Positions 63,500 to 64,000 of a stretch of 64,000 nucleotides of DNA are shown piece after piece. The position numbers and the translations under genes are program-made. Source of the DNA: Octopus bimaculoides (lineage: Eukaryota); assembly GCF_001194135.2 (NCBI RefSeq), contig NC_068983.1, positions 124,435,664-124,499,663 of the forward strand, read 5' to 3'. The notes under the pieces were generated by a model that was not told where the DNA came from, did not search any database, and worked only from the letters and a program-made list of their open reading frames with translations. Each line of letters begins with the position of its first letter. The first letter of the stretch is position 1.

Positions 63500-64000
63500 A
63501 AATATTGTTCTATATTTAAGAGATGAGGAATTATTTACATTATTTACATTATTTACATTTGACGGATTTTTGTCCTCATCTTGTTTGTTGTTAACACAAC
63601 GTTTCGGCTGATATACCCTCCAGCCTTCGTCAGGTGTCTTGGGGAAATTTTGAACCTGGGTTCTCATTCCTAACGATGTTACTATTATTATATTATTATT
63701 ATTATTATTAATACTATTATTAATCAGGTCGCTGCTGTGAATCGAACAATTATGGAGTGAATTTTAGGGCTTATAAATCTATTATTTTTCTATCCTTCCT
63801 CAATACCGGTTCCCATATGCTATTCATATCTGCACTCGGTCTGCTTAGGAGGTTGTTGTGTCCTAGCATATGTGCTGCTTCTTTTAGTTTTCGTATTTTC
63901 CAGTGTTGTTCCCTGTCTATTAATTTAGCTTCATCCCACAGGGGGAGGTGGTCTCCATTTTGCCATACATGATCAGCTATACCCGATTTATCAATATCTC
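63500..64000 (-). mobile_element. Penelope-like element 3' end: open GIY-YIG C-terminus plus pseudo-LTR
   Basis: Uninterrupted frame from the window edge to TAA at 63771-63773: DIDKSGIADHVWQNGDHLPLWDEAKLIDREQHWKIRKLKEAAHMLGHNNLLSRPSADMNSIWEPVLRKDRKIIDL*. Then (AAT)n and a hammerhead. Confidence 0.88.
63593..63638 (-). ncRNA. Intact minimal type-I hammerhead ribozyme motif
   Basis: GACAC-CTGACGA-A-GGCTG-GAGGGTATAT-CAGCC-GAA-ACGT-T-GTGTT. Canonical core, 5-bp helix II, palindromic helix III, GUU triplet, 5-bp helix I (one G-U). Confidence 0.88.

Overview
AT-rich, microsatellite-dense eukaryotic DNA with 12 assembly gaps (about 5.6 kb of N). The SINE families match those I recall from Octopus genomes, so a cephalopod origin is inferred, not verified. 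No host protein-coding gene could be supported, and nearly all ORF-track entries are microsatellite/N artefacts or transposon fragments. The window is a transposon graveyard: at least nine Tc1/mariner-superfamily fragments (one near-full-length mariner with both TIRs), a piggyBac-type and a Tc1-type MITE, CR1/L2-like, Tx1-like and R4/Dong LINE fragments, three tRNA-headed SINE families and several Penelope-like element (PLE) remnants. The most notable signal is non-coding: twelve type-I hammerhead-ribozyme-like motifs of several unrelated sequence families, readable by base pairing. They occur in three architectures: (i) classic PLE pseudo-LTR ends, (ii) two ORF-less fold-back elements made of inverted ribozyme-bearing arms around a microsatellite spacer (45.6-46.8 kb and 57.7-59.1 kb), and (iii) a 362-bp terminally redundant, retrozyme-like unit (36.4-36.8 kb). 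Several carry a recurrent CCGANGA core in place of CUGANGA. PLE-associated minimal hammerheads are known in animals. Whether these particular architectures and the core variant are described or catalytically active cannot be judged from sequence alone.
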